Origin: an uncultured Isosphaeraceae bacterium
GTDB taxonomy: Bacteria; Planctomycetota; Phycisphaerae; Phycisphaerales; SM1A02
Assembly: GCA_964638815.1 (NCBI GenBank)
Contig: CAZXBB010000319.1
Coordinates: forward strand, 8,164-72,163
Direction of reading: 5' to 3'
Length of the DNA stretch: 64,000 nt
Part shown: in pieces, positions 8,917 to 18,413 of the stretch
Numbering within the stretch: the first letter of the stretch is position 1
Layout of the letters: each line of letters starts with the position of its first letter
Notes under the pieces: generated by a model
What the model was told of the DNA's origin: nothing
The model's database searches: none
The model's input: the letters and a program-made list of their open reading frames with translations, nothing else
Translations under genes and position numbers: made by a program

Positions 8917-10338
8917 ATGTCGGTTGATCTCACGATCGACCCGAGCTGCCGCGACTGGCCGGCCCGCGTGCGAGAACGCCCGACCGGGGCCCTCTTCGGT
9001 CGATCGCTCGCCGAGTGGCGCACGCTCACGCGACGCGAGCTCGGTCTCGCGACCGAAACGCCCGTGATCGCGACCGGCCACCAGACGATGCTCTGGCATC
9101 CGGGCATCCTCGTGAAGTTCATGCTCGTCGAGGCGGTCGCGAGTGCGCACGGCTTCGCCCGCGCGAACCTGATCGTGGATCAGCACGCGGCGACCCGCGC
9201 CGGCTCGGGCGACTTCGGCGGCTTCGACGTTCCGGTGCGGCGCACCGACGACACGCTCGCGCTGCGTCGCGTCGAGCTCACCCGCCCGCGCGCCGACGTG
9301 CCGATGGCGCTGCACCCGGCCTTCACGCCCGCCGCACCGCCGCCCGACCTGCGGGCCGCGCTGCCGTCCGTCGCCGACGGCGCCCGGCGCATCCACGCGG
9401 CCGTGGCCGCCCACGCGGACGCCCCGAACGCCGCGCTCCAGATGGGCGCGGCGCTCTGCGACCTGATGGAGCCGTGGTTCACGCCCGCGCCGGCGGTCAC
9501 CGCGACCGAGCTGATCGGGACCTCGCTCGCCCGCGCGTTGCTCGAGGCCATGCGGGCCGACCCCGCGCGCTGCGCCGGGACGTACAACGCGGCCGTCGCG
9601 GGCCTGCCCGAGGCGGGAATCGGGGGCCTTCTCGTGCGCGACGACTGGGTCGAGCTTCCGATCTGGCGCATCCGCGACGACGGCCGCCGCATGCACGGCT
9701 ACGACCACGACGTCGAGCGAGCGATCACCGAGCTGCACGCGCCGGCGCTGCTCCCGCGCGCGCTCTTCATGACGGCACTCATCCGTCTCGGCATGTGCGA
9801 CCTCTTCGTGCACGGAACGGGCGGCGCGAACTACGATCGCGCGATGGAGCGCTGGGTGCGTGCGTGGCTCGGCGTCGAGCCGGCCCCGATCGCCGTGGCC
9901 ACGGCGACACTGCTCCTGCCGCTGGCGACGCCGGACGGCGTCGAGGCCGACGTCCCGCGCGCGATCGCCGCCGCCCGTCGCGCGTGGCACGACCCGGAGT
10001 CGCCCGCCGCTTCAGAGCCGGCGGGGCCCGCGACGCGGCCGGGCCCCGTCAAGCGCGAGCTTCTCGCCGCGATCGGGCAGACGCCGCGCGGCACGCCGGC
10101 GCGGCGCAGCGCGTTCTTCGCGATGCACGAGTCGCTGGCGACGCTGCGTTCGATGCACGTCGGCCGGGTCGAGCGTCTCCAGCGCGACGCGACGACCGCC
10201 CGGCGGCACGTCGTCGACGCGGAGATCGCCGGGCGACGCGACTGGGCCTTCCCGCTCTACCCGCGCGAGATGATCGACGAGCTGGCCGGGGCGGTTCGTG
10301 CGGCGGTGGCGCCGTGCACGCCGGCTACTCCGAAATGA
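8917..10338 (+). CDS. conserved-looking hypothetical protein, 473 aa
   Basis: The frame has coding-like composition and a clean ATG 33 nt after the GT2 stop. There is no confident family assignment, only a faint BshC-like motif arrangement (see findings). Confidence 0.6.
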   Translation: MSVDLTIDPSCRDWPARVRERPTGALFGRSLAEWRTLTRRELGLATETPVIATGHQTMLWHPGILVKFMLVEAVASAHGFARANLIVDQHAATRAGSGDFGGFDVPVRRTDDTLALRRVELTRPRADVPMALHPAFTPAAPPPDLRAALPSVADGARRIHAAVAAHADAPNAALQMGAALCDLMEPWFTPAPAVTATELIGTSLARALLEAMRADPARCAGTYNAAVAGLPEAGIGGLLVRDDWVELPIWRIRDDGRRMHGYDHDVERAITELHAPALLPRALFMTALIRLGMCDLFVHGTGGANYDRAMERWVRAWLGVEPAPIAVATATLLLPLATPDGVEADVPRAIAAARRAWHDPESPAASEPAGPATRPGPVKRELLAAIGQTPRGTPARRSAFFAMHESLATLRSMHVGRVERLQRDATTARRHVVDAEIAGRRDWAFPLYPREMIDELAGAVRAAVAPCTPATPK

Positions 10339-11080
10339 CGAGCCGCCGGCGCTCGTTCTTTCCCGGCAGTCCGAGGATCCTGAGCTGCTCGCGGTCGTGG
10401 CGGGCGACGACGCCCATGCCGGGCACGATCCAGATCGTCTCGACGCGGCGGACCTGCGCGAGGCGGAGCTTCGCCTGGAAGGAGACCTCCACGCGCTGGG
10501 CGAGGAGCGCGCCGAGCGGCGTCTCGATCCGGTCGTCGCCGGCGTACTCGATCGTGCGCAGGGCCCGGCCGGATTCGCGCTCGCGACGCGGGTCGCGCGC
10601 ATCGACCACGCGCATGTCGGAACGCGATTCGCGCTTCTCGCCCGGCGGCAGCTCCGCCCACGCGAGCGTGAGCGGCGGGTCGAAGCGCGTCAGCGCCTCC
10701 TGGTCGTGCGCGGCCGCGGCGTACTGCTCGACGCTGCCGTCCTCGTTCACGCGCAGATACAGCGTCAGGTTCTCGCCGAAGTCGATCTCGACGTCGCCGC
10801 CGTCGCCGCCACCGTCGCCCCCGCCACCGCCGTCGCCGCCGCGCGGTCGTCGCGTCTCGATGAACCGGTCGCCGGTCGGCACGCCGTCGTCGTCGATCAC
10901 GGTGTACACGCGACGCGCCGGGGTCGCCGGGAAGAGATCTCCGGCGACGACGACCCCGGCCGGGGGGAGCGCCTCGAGGACCGCGAACACCGGCGCCGGT
11001 TCCTCGACGCGCGTCGTCTGCGGTGTCGCGCAGCCTGCGGCGACCAGGGCGAACGCGAGGACGAGCGCGCGGGCGATCAT
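10325..11080 (-). CDS. lipoprotein with a Gly/Asp repeat tract
   Basis: This is the C-terminal 251 codons of track ORF 10325..12613. ATG 11080 gives MIARALVLAFALVAAGC (lipobox) and overlaps the upstream gene's stop by ATGA. Contains the RGGDGGGGGDGGGDGGD tract. Confidence 0.65.
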   Translation of the reverse strand: MIARALVLAFALVAAGCATPQTTRVEEPAPVFAVLEALPPAGVVVAGDLFPATPARRVYTVIDDDGVPTGDRFIETRRPRGGDGGGGGDGGGDGGDVEIDFGENLTLYLRVNEDGSVEQYAAAAHDQEALTRFDPPLTLAWAELPPGEKRESRSDMRVVDARDPRRERESGRALRTIEYAGDDRIETPLGALLAQRVEVSFQAKLRLAQVRRVETIWIVPGMGVVARHDREQLRILGLPGKNERRRLVISE

Positions 11081-12522
11081 TCCCCGATCCGTCCGGTCGG
11101 CAGTCCCTTGCTCTTCCACAGCCGGTGCAGATCTTCGAGGGCGATCGCCTCGGTCTCCGAGCCGTCGGCGTGGCGACGCCGCACGAGGGTCCCGTCCCGG
11201 TCGTAGAGCGTCACGGTCTCCGCGGCGTCCGTGCGGGTCCGGCTCGTCAGCATCCAGCCGCCGCTTCCGTCGGTGCGCGGCTCCCAGCGATCGGTGCGGA
11301 GCGCGATCGTCATACGGGGCGCGGTGCTGTCGAAGGCGTAGGTGCTCATCGTGCGCGAGACAAGCAGGTCGCGCGGCAGCGCGGCGCCGAGGTTCCATCG
11401 CAGCGCCTGCGAGAGGTAGACGTCCGGCGTGCGCCAGCTCTGCTCGTCGCGGGTGGCGCCGTCCTTGCCGCTGGCGATGACGGTCACGGTCCCGCTCGGG
11501 TCGCCGGGGCTCTGCGGCGTGCGGATGCCGGTTTCGGCCTCGCTCTGCTCCCGCCCGCGAAAGCGACGAGTACCGCGGATCGACCACGCTTCCTCCGACT
11601 GGTCCCACGCCACCCAATAGCCGGCCAGCGTGTCGTAGGTGCTCCCGGCGGCGTGCTCCAGGTAGTGGCCGCGCACGATCACAAGGAGACCGGGCATCTC
11701 CTCCGCGCGGTCGTACCGCGACGGTGAACGCGACGGGTCGATGCCGCCCTTCGGACCTTCTCGGCACTCGACCGAGTAGTAGCCGAGCTCGGCGTCGGCG
11801 CCTCCGGTGACCGCGGCGGGCCGGTAGTACCGGTACCACCGGAGCGGGCCGGCGAGGCCGCGCAGGCGATCCGGAGTGATCGAGGCGATCAGGTCCCGCC
11901 CCGCCTCGAGCCGGGCCTTCCGCGAGAGCGCGACGTCGGCGAGCGGATCCAGGCGGATCGTCTCGTAGCACGAATCCAGGAGCGGGCGGATGCGATCGAA
12001 GGCTTCCGGGAGGATCTGGCTCGCGAAGACCAGCAGCTCGGATTCGCCGCGATCCAGGATGAGCCAGCCGCTCACGATCTCCCGGTCTGGCGCGGCCTCG
12101 TGCGCGACGTAGCAGAGGTGACCGGGCTTCCCGCCGAGCGTGGCGGGCCGATCGTCGAGCACCCGGAACGCCGCGTCGCCGCGGCGGAAGGTCGAGAGGA
12201 TGTCCGCCACGTACGCCCGCGGCGTCGTGCCGCCCGCCGGCCCGTCGGTCGGGAGCAGGGGCTGCACCGCGACGGACCAGGCGGGACCGGCCGCGCCGTC
12301 GAGGATCGAGAGCGACGTCCGCCCGTCGATCCGCCGAACGTGGGCCACCGAGCCGGACGGCGGGTGGATCGTCAGCCCCATCGACTCGACGCGGACCGGC
12401 TCGGGCTCGAGCCCCGCCGGGATGTCGGGCGGAGCCGGTCGGATCTGGCCGCCGGCGACGCCCGCGAGCAGCAGGGCGAGGAGCGGTCCGGCCGGGGCGA
12501 TGCGCGACGGGCGTGGGCTCAT
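11077..12522 (-). CDS. secreted hypothetical protein
   Basis: From track ORF 11077..12636. The internal ATG 12522 gives the signal-like N-terminus MSPRPSRIAPAGPLLALLLAGVAGG. Composition is protein-like (W/Y/F rich, not an Arg/Pro artefact). Confidence 0.65.
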   Translation of the reverse strand: MSPRPSRIAPAGPLLALLLAGVAGGQIRPAPPDIPAGLEPEPVRVESMGLTIHPPSGSVAHVRRIDGRTSLSILDGAAGPAWSVAVQPLLPTDGPAGGTTPRAYVADILSTFRRGDAAFRVLDDRPATLGGKPGHLCYVAHEAAPDREIVSGWLILDRGESELLVFASQILPEAFDRIRPLLDSCYETIRLDPLADVALSRKARLEAGRDLIASITPDRLRGLAGPLRWYRYYRPAAVTGGADAELGYYSVECREGPKGGIDPSRSPSRYDRAEEMPGLLVIVRGHYLEHAAGSTYDTLAGYWVAWDQSEEAWSIRGTRRFRGREQSEAETGIRTPQSPGDPSGTVTVIASGKDGATRDEQSWRTPDVYLSQALRWNLGAALPRDLLVSRTMSTYAFDSTAPRMTIALRTDRWEPRTDGSGGWMLTSRTRTDAAETVTLYDRDGTLVRRRHADGSETEAIALEDLHRLWKSKGLPTGRIGE

Positions 12523-12592
12523 GGAAGGACTGTATCGCCTCCGGAGGTCGCCGGCAGCATGGCGCCGGCGCGGCCCCCGATCGGTGCCTGCG

Positions 12593-12620
12593 TTGACAGG
12601 ACCGGCGGGACACGTATCAT
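12593..12620 (+). promoter_or_regulatory. candidate sigma-70 promoter of the ribosomal super-operon (TTGACA-16 nt-TATCAT)
   Basis: There is a perfect -35 TTGACA at 12593-12598, a 16-nt spacer and TATCAT at 12615-12620. It would give a ~240-nt leader before the rpsJ ATG (12864). Confidence 0.5.
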
Positions 12621-12863
12621 CCCCGGTTCGCACCATCGCGGCGGTGGTGCGGTCATCTCGAGTCCGCCGGCCCGTTGCCGTGACGCGACGGGTTCGGTCA
12701 GGGATCGGTGTTCAGTTGGACGTGAGATGTCCGGGGAGGCGTTCGAGGGGGAAAGCGTCACCAACGTCGGGCCGCCGTGGTCCGGTGCGGGTGTGTGTTT
12801 CGTACGGGTCACCTCGAATCGATACGAGGGGCTCTTCTTCGTTGCAGGACGTGCAGCAGACCG

Positions 12864-13172
<309 letters not shown>

Positions 13173-13180
13173 GTGAGACA

Positions 13181-13870
13181 ATGACGGCGGCGCTTCTAGG
13201 TCGGAAGGTGGGCATGACCCGCTACTTCACGGAAGACGGGAGAAACGTCCCCGTCACCGTGATCGAAGCCGGTCCGTGCGTCGTCACGCAGGTCAAGACG
13301 ACCGAGAGCGACGGCTACGCCGCCGTGCAGATCGCGTTCGCCGATGCGCGTCCGCGTCGTGCGACGATGCCGATCATCGGGCACGACGCGAAGGCGGGGA
13401 CCGCGCCGAAGCGGTTCCACCGCGAGCTGCGTCTGGCGTCGGACGACGAGGCTTCGGCGTACGAGATCGGGCAGACGCTCGACGTCAGCGTGTTCAGCGA
13501 CGACATGTATCTCGATGTCGTCGGCACGAGCAAGGGCAAGGGATTCGCGGGGCAGATGAAGCGTCACCACTTCGCCGGGCTCGAGGCGAGCCACGGCGTG
13601 CAGCGCTGCCATCGCCGCGGCGGATCGATCGCCGCCCACGCCACGAACCGAGGCACGGGTCCGAAGCCCAAGAAGGGCAAGAGGATGGCGGGCCAGATGG
13701 GCAACGAGCGCGTCACGACGCGCAATCTCGATGTCGTATCGATCGACGCGGACCGGAATCTCCTGTTCGTGAAGGGTCCGGTGCCCGGTCCGAACACGGG
13801 GATGGTGTTCCTCCGATCGTCGAAGCGTCTGGGAAGACAGAAAGCGAGGCTGGCCAAGGCCGGCAAGTGA
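13181..13870 (+). CDS. rplC: 50S ribosomal protein L3
   Basis: MTAALLGRKVGMTRYFTEDGRNVPVTVIEAGPC...; operon position. Confidence 0.97.
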   Translation: MTAALLGRKVGMTRYFTEDGRNVPVTVIEAGPCVVTQVKTTESDGYAAVQIAFADARPRRATMPIIGHDAKAGTAPKRFHRELRLASDDEASAYEIGQTLDVSVFSDDMYLDVVGTSKGKGFAGQMKRHHFAGLEASHGVQRCHRRGGSIAAHATNRGTGPKPKKGKRMAGQMGNERVTTRNLDVVSIDADRNLLFVKGPVPGPNTGMVFLRSSKRLGRQKARLAKAGK

Positions 13871-14106
13871 GTGCCGGTGATCGCGAAGGCCGGACGGTGG
13901 CCGCCAGGCCGATCCGAAGGGAACCGCGCGATCGCAACAGCATTCGAACCGAGACCGAGTCAACAACCCTGACCGGACTGCCGGGCCCGAGGAAACGGGT
14001 CCGGGTCGAAACTCCGGCGCTCTGGGCGCAACCAGATCCGCCGCTCGACGATTGGTCCGGAAGGGTGAGGCGAAAATGACGGCAAGGCCGTCAGGTGTGA
14101 GACGCG

Positions 14107-14769
14107 ATGATTGAACTCCCTATCTATAACAGGCAGGGCAAGCAGGTCGATACGCTTGCCATCGACGAGGCGCAGCTGGGAACCCAGGTGCGCCCCGTGC
14201 TGCTGAAGCAGGCCTACGTCATGTTCCACGCGAACCGGCGTCAGGCTTCCGCCCGCACCAAAAACAAGTCGAGGGTCGCAGGCTCGACGCGCAAGCTGTA
14301 CCGGCAGAAGGGCACGGGCAACGCCCGCGTCGGACAGCGGCGCACACCGAGCCGAATCGGCGGCGGCGTGGCGTTCGCGAAGACGCGGTCGTCGTTCCGG
14401 CTCGACATGCCGAAGAAGATGCGCCGGCTCGCGAACCGCAACGCGCTGCTCGCCAAGCTCGTCGACAGCGAGGTGAAGTGCATCGACGACCTCGGCTTCG
14501 ACAAGCCGAAGACGTCGGAGTTCCGGGCGCTGCTCGAGGCGCTGGGCGTCAACCGGACCTGCCTGGTCGCGCTCGACCCGGGGAATCGCAACGCGGCCCT
14601 CTCGGCGCGGAACCTCGACGAGGTGGACACGATCTCCGTCGAGCAGCTCAACGCGTTCGAGCTCCTGAATCACCGGTTCCTGGTCCTCGGAAAGGCCTCG
14701 CTCGAGGCGTTCCTCGACGGATCGGCGTGGAAGAAGGATGCCGAAGGCACCGGGAAGGAGGCGGCCTGA
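14107..14769 (+). CDS. rplD: 50S ribosomal protein L4
   Basis: MIELPIYNRQGKQVDTL...KGTGNARVGQRRTP...; preceded by an unusual 236-nt gap. Confidence 0.95.
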   Translation: MIELPIYNRQGKQVDTLAIDEAQLGTQVRPVLLKQAYVMFHANRRQASARTKNKSRVAGSTRKLYRQKGTGNARVGQRRTPSRIGGGVAFAKTRSSFRLDMPKKMRRLANRNALLAKLVDSEVKCIDDLGFDKPKTSEFRALLEALGVNRTCLVALDPGNRNAALSARNLDEVDTISVEQLNAFELLNHRFLVLGKASLEAFLDGSAWKKDAEGTGKEAA

Positions 14770-15047
14770 TGGAAGCGACGACGATCATCCGCAAGCCGTT
14801 GATCACGGAGAAGGCGACGTTCGGCTCCTCGATGCTCAACCGGTACGCCTTCGAGGTGGATCGCCGCGCCACGAAGCCGGCGATCAAGCGGGCCGTGGAG
14901 GAGCTCTACGGCGTCCGCGTCGTCTCGGTGGCGACGCAGAACCGCAAGGGACAGCTTCGCCGGAACAAGTTCGGCTTCTGGCGGGCGAAGTGTCATAAAC
15001 GCGCGATCGTTCGCGTTCACGCCGACGACCGCATCGAGCTGTTCTGA
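14769..15047 (+). CDS. rplW: 50S ribosomal protein L23
   Basis: MEATTIIRKPLITEKATF...; the ATG overlaps the rplD TGA by 1 nt (TGATG). Confidence 0.93.
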   Translation: MEATTIIRKPLITEKATFGSSMLNRYAFEVDRRATKPAIKRAVEELYGVRVVSVATQNRKGQLRRNKFGFWRAKCHKRAIVRVHADDRIELF

Positions 15048-15088
15048 GGAGAGCGAACAGCCGGCAGCTAACAGCGAAGAACCAGATC

Positions 15089-15943
15089 ATGGCCATCCGA
15101 ACTTACAAGCCAGTCACCAACGGTCGCCGCAACATGTCGGTGAACCTGAACGCCGAGGTCACGAAGACGACCCCGGAGAAGGCGCTGCTGCGCCCGCTGC
15201 CGGGGAAGGGCGGCCGGAACCACCAGGGCAAGGTCACCGTTCGCGGACGCGGCGGCGGGCACAAGCGGCGTTACCGGCTGATCGACTTCCGGCGCAACCG
15301 GGACGGCGAGCCGGCGAAGGTCATCGGGATCGAGTACGACCCGAACCGCTCGGCCCACATCGCTCTGCTCGAGTACCCCGACGGCCAGCGCCGCTACATC
15401 CTCGCGCCGCGGGGCATGACCGACGGCGAGGTGGTCGAGAGCTCGCGGGCGGCGATCGAGCCGAAGCCGGGCAACTGCATGCCCCTGCGGTTCATCCCCA
15501 CCGGCCTGACCGTCCACGGGATCGAGTTCGAGCCCGGCAAGGGCGGCAAGCTCTGCCGGACGGCCGGCTCGGGCGCCCGGCTGTCGAACCGCGAAGGACG
15601 CTGGGCGACCATCGTGCTGCCGTCGGGCGAGATCCGGCAGGTCTCGATCGACTGCCGCGCGACCATCGGCCAGCTCGGCAACACGGATCACCAGAACGTC
15701 AAGGTCGGCAAGGCGGGGCGCAGCCGCTGGCTCGGGCGCAAGCCGAAGGTGCGCGGCGTCGCGAAGGACCACTCGTGCCACCCGCTCGGCGGCGGCGAGG
15801 GTCGCTCGAAAGGCGGGCGCGAGCCGGCCAGCGCGTCGGGCACGAAGTCGAAGGGCGGACGCACGAGGCGCCGCGGGCAGTGGACGGACGCGCGGATCCT
15901 CCGGCGTCGCAAGAGCAGGCGTTACGGACAGTTGAAAGTCTGA
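15089..15943 (+). CDS. rplB: 50S ribosomal protein L2
   Basis: MAIRTYKPVTNGRRNMSV...GGGHKRRYRLIDF...HPLGGGEGRS. Confidence 0.97.
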   Translation: MAIRTYKPVTNGRRNMSVNLNAEVTKTTPEKALLRPLPGKGGRNHQGKVTVRGRGGGHKRRYRLIDFRRNRDGEPAKVIGIEYDPNRSAHIALLEYPDGQRRYILAPRGMTDGEVVESSRAAIEPKPGNCMPLRFIPTGLTVHGIEFEPGKGGKLCRTAGSGARLSNREGRWATIVLPSGEIRQVSIDCRATIGQLGNTDHQNVKVGKAGRSRWLGRKPKVRGVAKDHSCHPLGGGEGRSKGGREPASASGTKSKGGRTRRRGQWTDARILRRRKSRRYGQLKV

Positions 15944-15951
15944 GGTAGGCC

Positions 15952-16236
15952 ATGGGACGATCACTGAAGAAAGGCCCGTTCGTCGACGAGAAGCTCTACC
16001 GCAAGGTCGAGCGGCTCAACGAGTCCGGTGCGCGCACCCCGATCAAGACCTGGGCGCGGGCATGCGTCATCGTGCCCGAGTTCGTGGGTCACACGTTCCA
16101 GGTGCACAACGGCCGCCAGTTCCCCGACGTCTTCGTGACGGAGGACATGGTGGGCCATCGGCTCGGCGAGTTCAGCCAGACGCGGCTGTTCCGAGGGCAC
16201 ACGAACAAGAAGGAAGGCGTGAAGGTGCGCCGTTAG
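15952..16236 (+). CDS. rpsS: 30S ribosomal protein S19
   Basis: [15 protein letters not shown]...[22 protein letters not shown]. Confidence 0.97.
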   Translation: MGRSLKKGPFVDEKLYRKVERLNESGARTPIKTWARACVIVPEFVGHTFQVHNGRQFPDVFVTEDMVGHRLGEFSQTRLFRGHTNKKEGVKVRR

Positions 16237-16317
16237 AGCGCTCCGTACGGCTCGTGAGGCGGCTCTTTGGGGCCGAGGCGAGCCGAAACCCGCTCCGTCG
16301 CTCAGCAGGCATTCGAC

Positions 16318-16650
16318 ATGACGTACAAAGCATCACACCGATTCGCACGCATCGCCCCGCGCAAGGCGCGACTGGTCGCGGACATGATCCGCGGCCTGCC
16401 GGTCGACGACGCGCTGACGGCGCTCGAGTTCTCGAAGAAGCGGGCCGCGTGGTATCTCAAGGCGGTCCTCAAGAGCGCGATCGCGAACGCGGAGGAGGGC
16501 GAGGCCGACGTGTCCTCGCTCTACGTCCATGAGTCGCGCGTGGACGAGGGTCCCACCATCAAACGATTCCAGCCGAAGGACCGCGGTCGAGCGCATCCGA
16601 TCCTGAAGCGAAGCAGCCATCTCCACCTCGTTCTGGATGAGAGGAACTGA
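16318..16650 (+). CDS. rplV: 50S ribosomal protein L22
   Basis: ATG 16318 (the track start 16267 is TTG) gives [26 protein letters not shown].... Confidence 0.93.
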   Translation: MTYKASHRFARIAPRKARLVADMIRGLPVDDALTALEFSKKRAAWYLKAVLKSAIANAEEGEADVSSLYVHESRVDEGPTIKRFQPKDRGRAHPILKRSSHLHLVLDERN

Positions 16651-16653
16651 CGA

Positions 16654-17358
16654 ATGGGACAGAAGACGCATCCATTCGGATTCCGCGTCGGCATCACCGA
16701 GGCCCACAAGTCGCGGTGGTACGCGCCGAAGGCGCTGTTCGCGGAGCTCCTCGTCGAGGACTACCGGATCCGCCAGTACGTGGACAAGCGTCTGAACCGG
16801 ACGCCTCCGTTCGCCGCCGTTGCCGACATCCTCATCGAGCGGACGCGCGAGGAGCTGACGATCATCGTCAAGACGGCGCGGCCCGGTCTCGTGATCGGCC
16901 CCAAGGGCGCCGAGATCGACCGGCTGACGCAGGACCTCATGGCGATGACCGGTCGCAAGGTGTCGATCAAGATCGTCGAGATCCGCAACCCCGATACGAA
17001 CGCCGTGCTGATCGGCGAGGCGATCGCGGAGCAAATGAAGAAGCGGTCGAATTTCCGTCGGATGCTGAAGCAGCGCTGCGAGGCGGCGATGCAGAACGGC
17101 GCGCTGGGCGTTCGCCTCCAGGTCTCGGGTCGCCTCGGCGGCGCCGAGATGTCGCGGACCTTTCAGACGCGTCTGGGGTCTATTCCGCTGTCGACGCTCC
17201 AGGCGAACGTCGACTACGCGTGCGTGCCCAGCCGCACGACGTACGGCACGATCGGCGTGAAGGTGTGGGTCTACAAGGGCATGTACACCGACGGCGAGGA
17301 CGATCAGATCGAATCGAAGGCGGCGGGAGCGCGGGCGCGGGCTCGCGGTCGTCGGTAG
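16654..17358 (+). CDS. rpsC: 30S ribosomal protein S3
   Basis: MGQKTHPFGFRVGIT...; KH domain; C-terminal S3 region. Confidence 0.97.
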   Translation: MGQKTHPFGFRVGITEAHKSRWYAPKALFAELLVEDYRIRQYVDKRLNRTPPFAAVADILIERTREELTIIVKTARPGLVIGPKGAEIDRLTQDLMAMTGRKVSIKIVEIRNPDTNAVLIGEAIAEQMKKRSNFRRMLKQRCEAAMQNGALGVRLQVSGRLGGAEMSRTFQTRLGSIPLSTLQANVDYACVPSRTTYGTIGVKVWVYKGMYTDGEDDQIESKAAGARARARGRR

Positions 17359-17378
17359 GTCCATATCCGGCCCTCCGG

Positions 17379-17420
17379 GCCTCGATGGGACGAAAGCGGG
17401 GCCTGGCGCCTCGATGGGAC
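17379..17420. repeat. 13-nt direct repeat (gcctcgatgggac x2, 29-nt period) in the rpsC-rplP spacer
   Basis: Copies lie at 17379-17391 and 17408-17420 inside a 79-nt spacer. An adjacent small hairpin ggccc-tcc-gggcc lies at 17369-17381. Confidence 0.85.
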
Positions 17421-17437
17421 AATAGGGAGCACGTCCG

Positions 17438-17857
17438 ATGCCTCGGATGCCGAAACGAATCAAGTTCCGCAAGCAGATGCGCGGGAAGCTGCGCGGGAAC
17501 GCCACGCGCGGCAACTACGTCGCGTTCGGCGAGTACGGCCTCCAGGCGCTCGAGCCTCACTGGGTCTCCGCCCGCCAGATCGAGGCCGGCCGTATCGCGG
17601 CCCAGCACTTCCTGCGTCGCCAGGGCCAGGTCTTCATCCGTATCTTCCCGGACAAGCCGATCAGCAAGAAGCCGCTCGAGACCCGCATGGGCAAGGGTAA
17701 GGCGGACACCGACTACTGGGCCGCGCGCGTGAAGCCAGGCACGATGCTGTACGAGATCGCCGGCGTCGAGGAGTACATCGCGAAGCAGGCATTCGCCCGC
17801 ATCGCCCAGAAGATGCCGGTGCGTTGCCGGTTCGTGGGTCGTCGTCTGACCGTGTGA
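17438..17857 (+). CDS. rplP: 50S ribosomal protein L16
   Basis: [26 protein letters not shown]... Confidence 0.97.
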   Translation: MPRMPKRIKFRKQMRGKLRGNATRGNYVAFGEYGLQALEPHWVSARQIEAGRIAAQHFLRRQGQVFIRIFPDKPISKKPLETRMGKGKADTDYWAARVKPGTMLYEIAGVEEYIAKQAFARIAQKMPVRCRFVGRRLTV

Positions 17858-17897
17858 CGGGAGCGGCACAGGCCGCCCCCTGCCGAGAGTAACGATC

Positions 17898-18095
17898 ATG
17901 AAGGCCAAGGAAGTTCACAAGCTCAGCGACGAAGAGATCGACGTCGAGGTCACGCGCCTCCGGCGCAGGCTCTTCGACCTGCGCACGCAGGCGGTGACCG
18001 AGAAGATCCAGGACACCTCCCAGTTCAGCAAGATCAAGAAGGACATCGCACGCGTGCTCACGGAGCGGAACGCGCGGGCGGAGGATGACGAATGA
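17898..18095 (+). CDS. rpmC: 50S ribosomal protein L29
   Basis: MKAKEVHKLSDEEIDVEVTRLRRRLFDLR... Confidence 0.95.
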   Translation: MKAKEVHKLSDEEIDVEVTRLRRRLFDLRTQAVTEKIQDTSQFSKIKKDIARVLTERNARAEDDE

Positions 18096-18376
18096 GCCAC
18101 CTGAAAGGCATCAAGGTGCCCGAGCGAGCCCCGCGGAAAGTCGGCGTCGTCGAATCCGACAAGCGAGACAAGACGCGGAAGGTATCGATCCAGTTCTCCT
18201 CGAAGCACCCGAAGTACGGCAAGTACGTCCGCAAGCGGACCGTCCTCCACGTGCACGACGCCGAGAACGTCTCGCACGTCGGCGACACGGTCGAGGTCGC
18301 GGAGTGCCGGCCAATCTCCAGGACCAAGAACTGGATCGTTCTGCGTGTGATCAAGAAGGGAACGCCGGTCGCGTGA
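18092..18376 (+). CDS. rpsQ: 30S ribosomal protein S17
   Basis: ...[18 protein letters not shown]...[29 protein letters not shown]; ATGA overlap with rpmC. Confidence 0.95.
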   Translation: MSHLKGIKVPERAPRKVGVVESDKRDKTRKVSIQFSSKHPKYGKYVRKRTVLHVHDAENVSHVGDTVEVAECRPISRTKNWIVLRVIKKGTPVA

Positions 18377-18413
18377 CCCGCGCCAGGACCCGAGCCAGTC
18401 AGGACCGAGACCG

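Noticed and set aside
10325-12613. A 762-aa minus-strand ORF.
   Set aside because: Only its last 251 codons (lipobox start at 11080) look protein-like. The region 11077-12522 is better explained by the other frame (track ORF 11077..12636), which has a signal peptide and normal composition.
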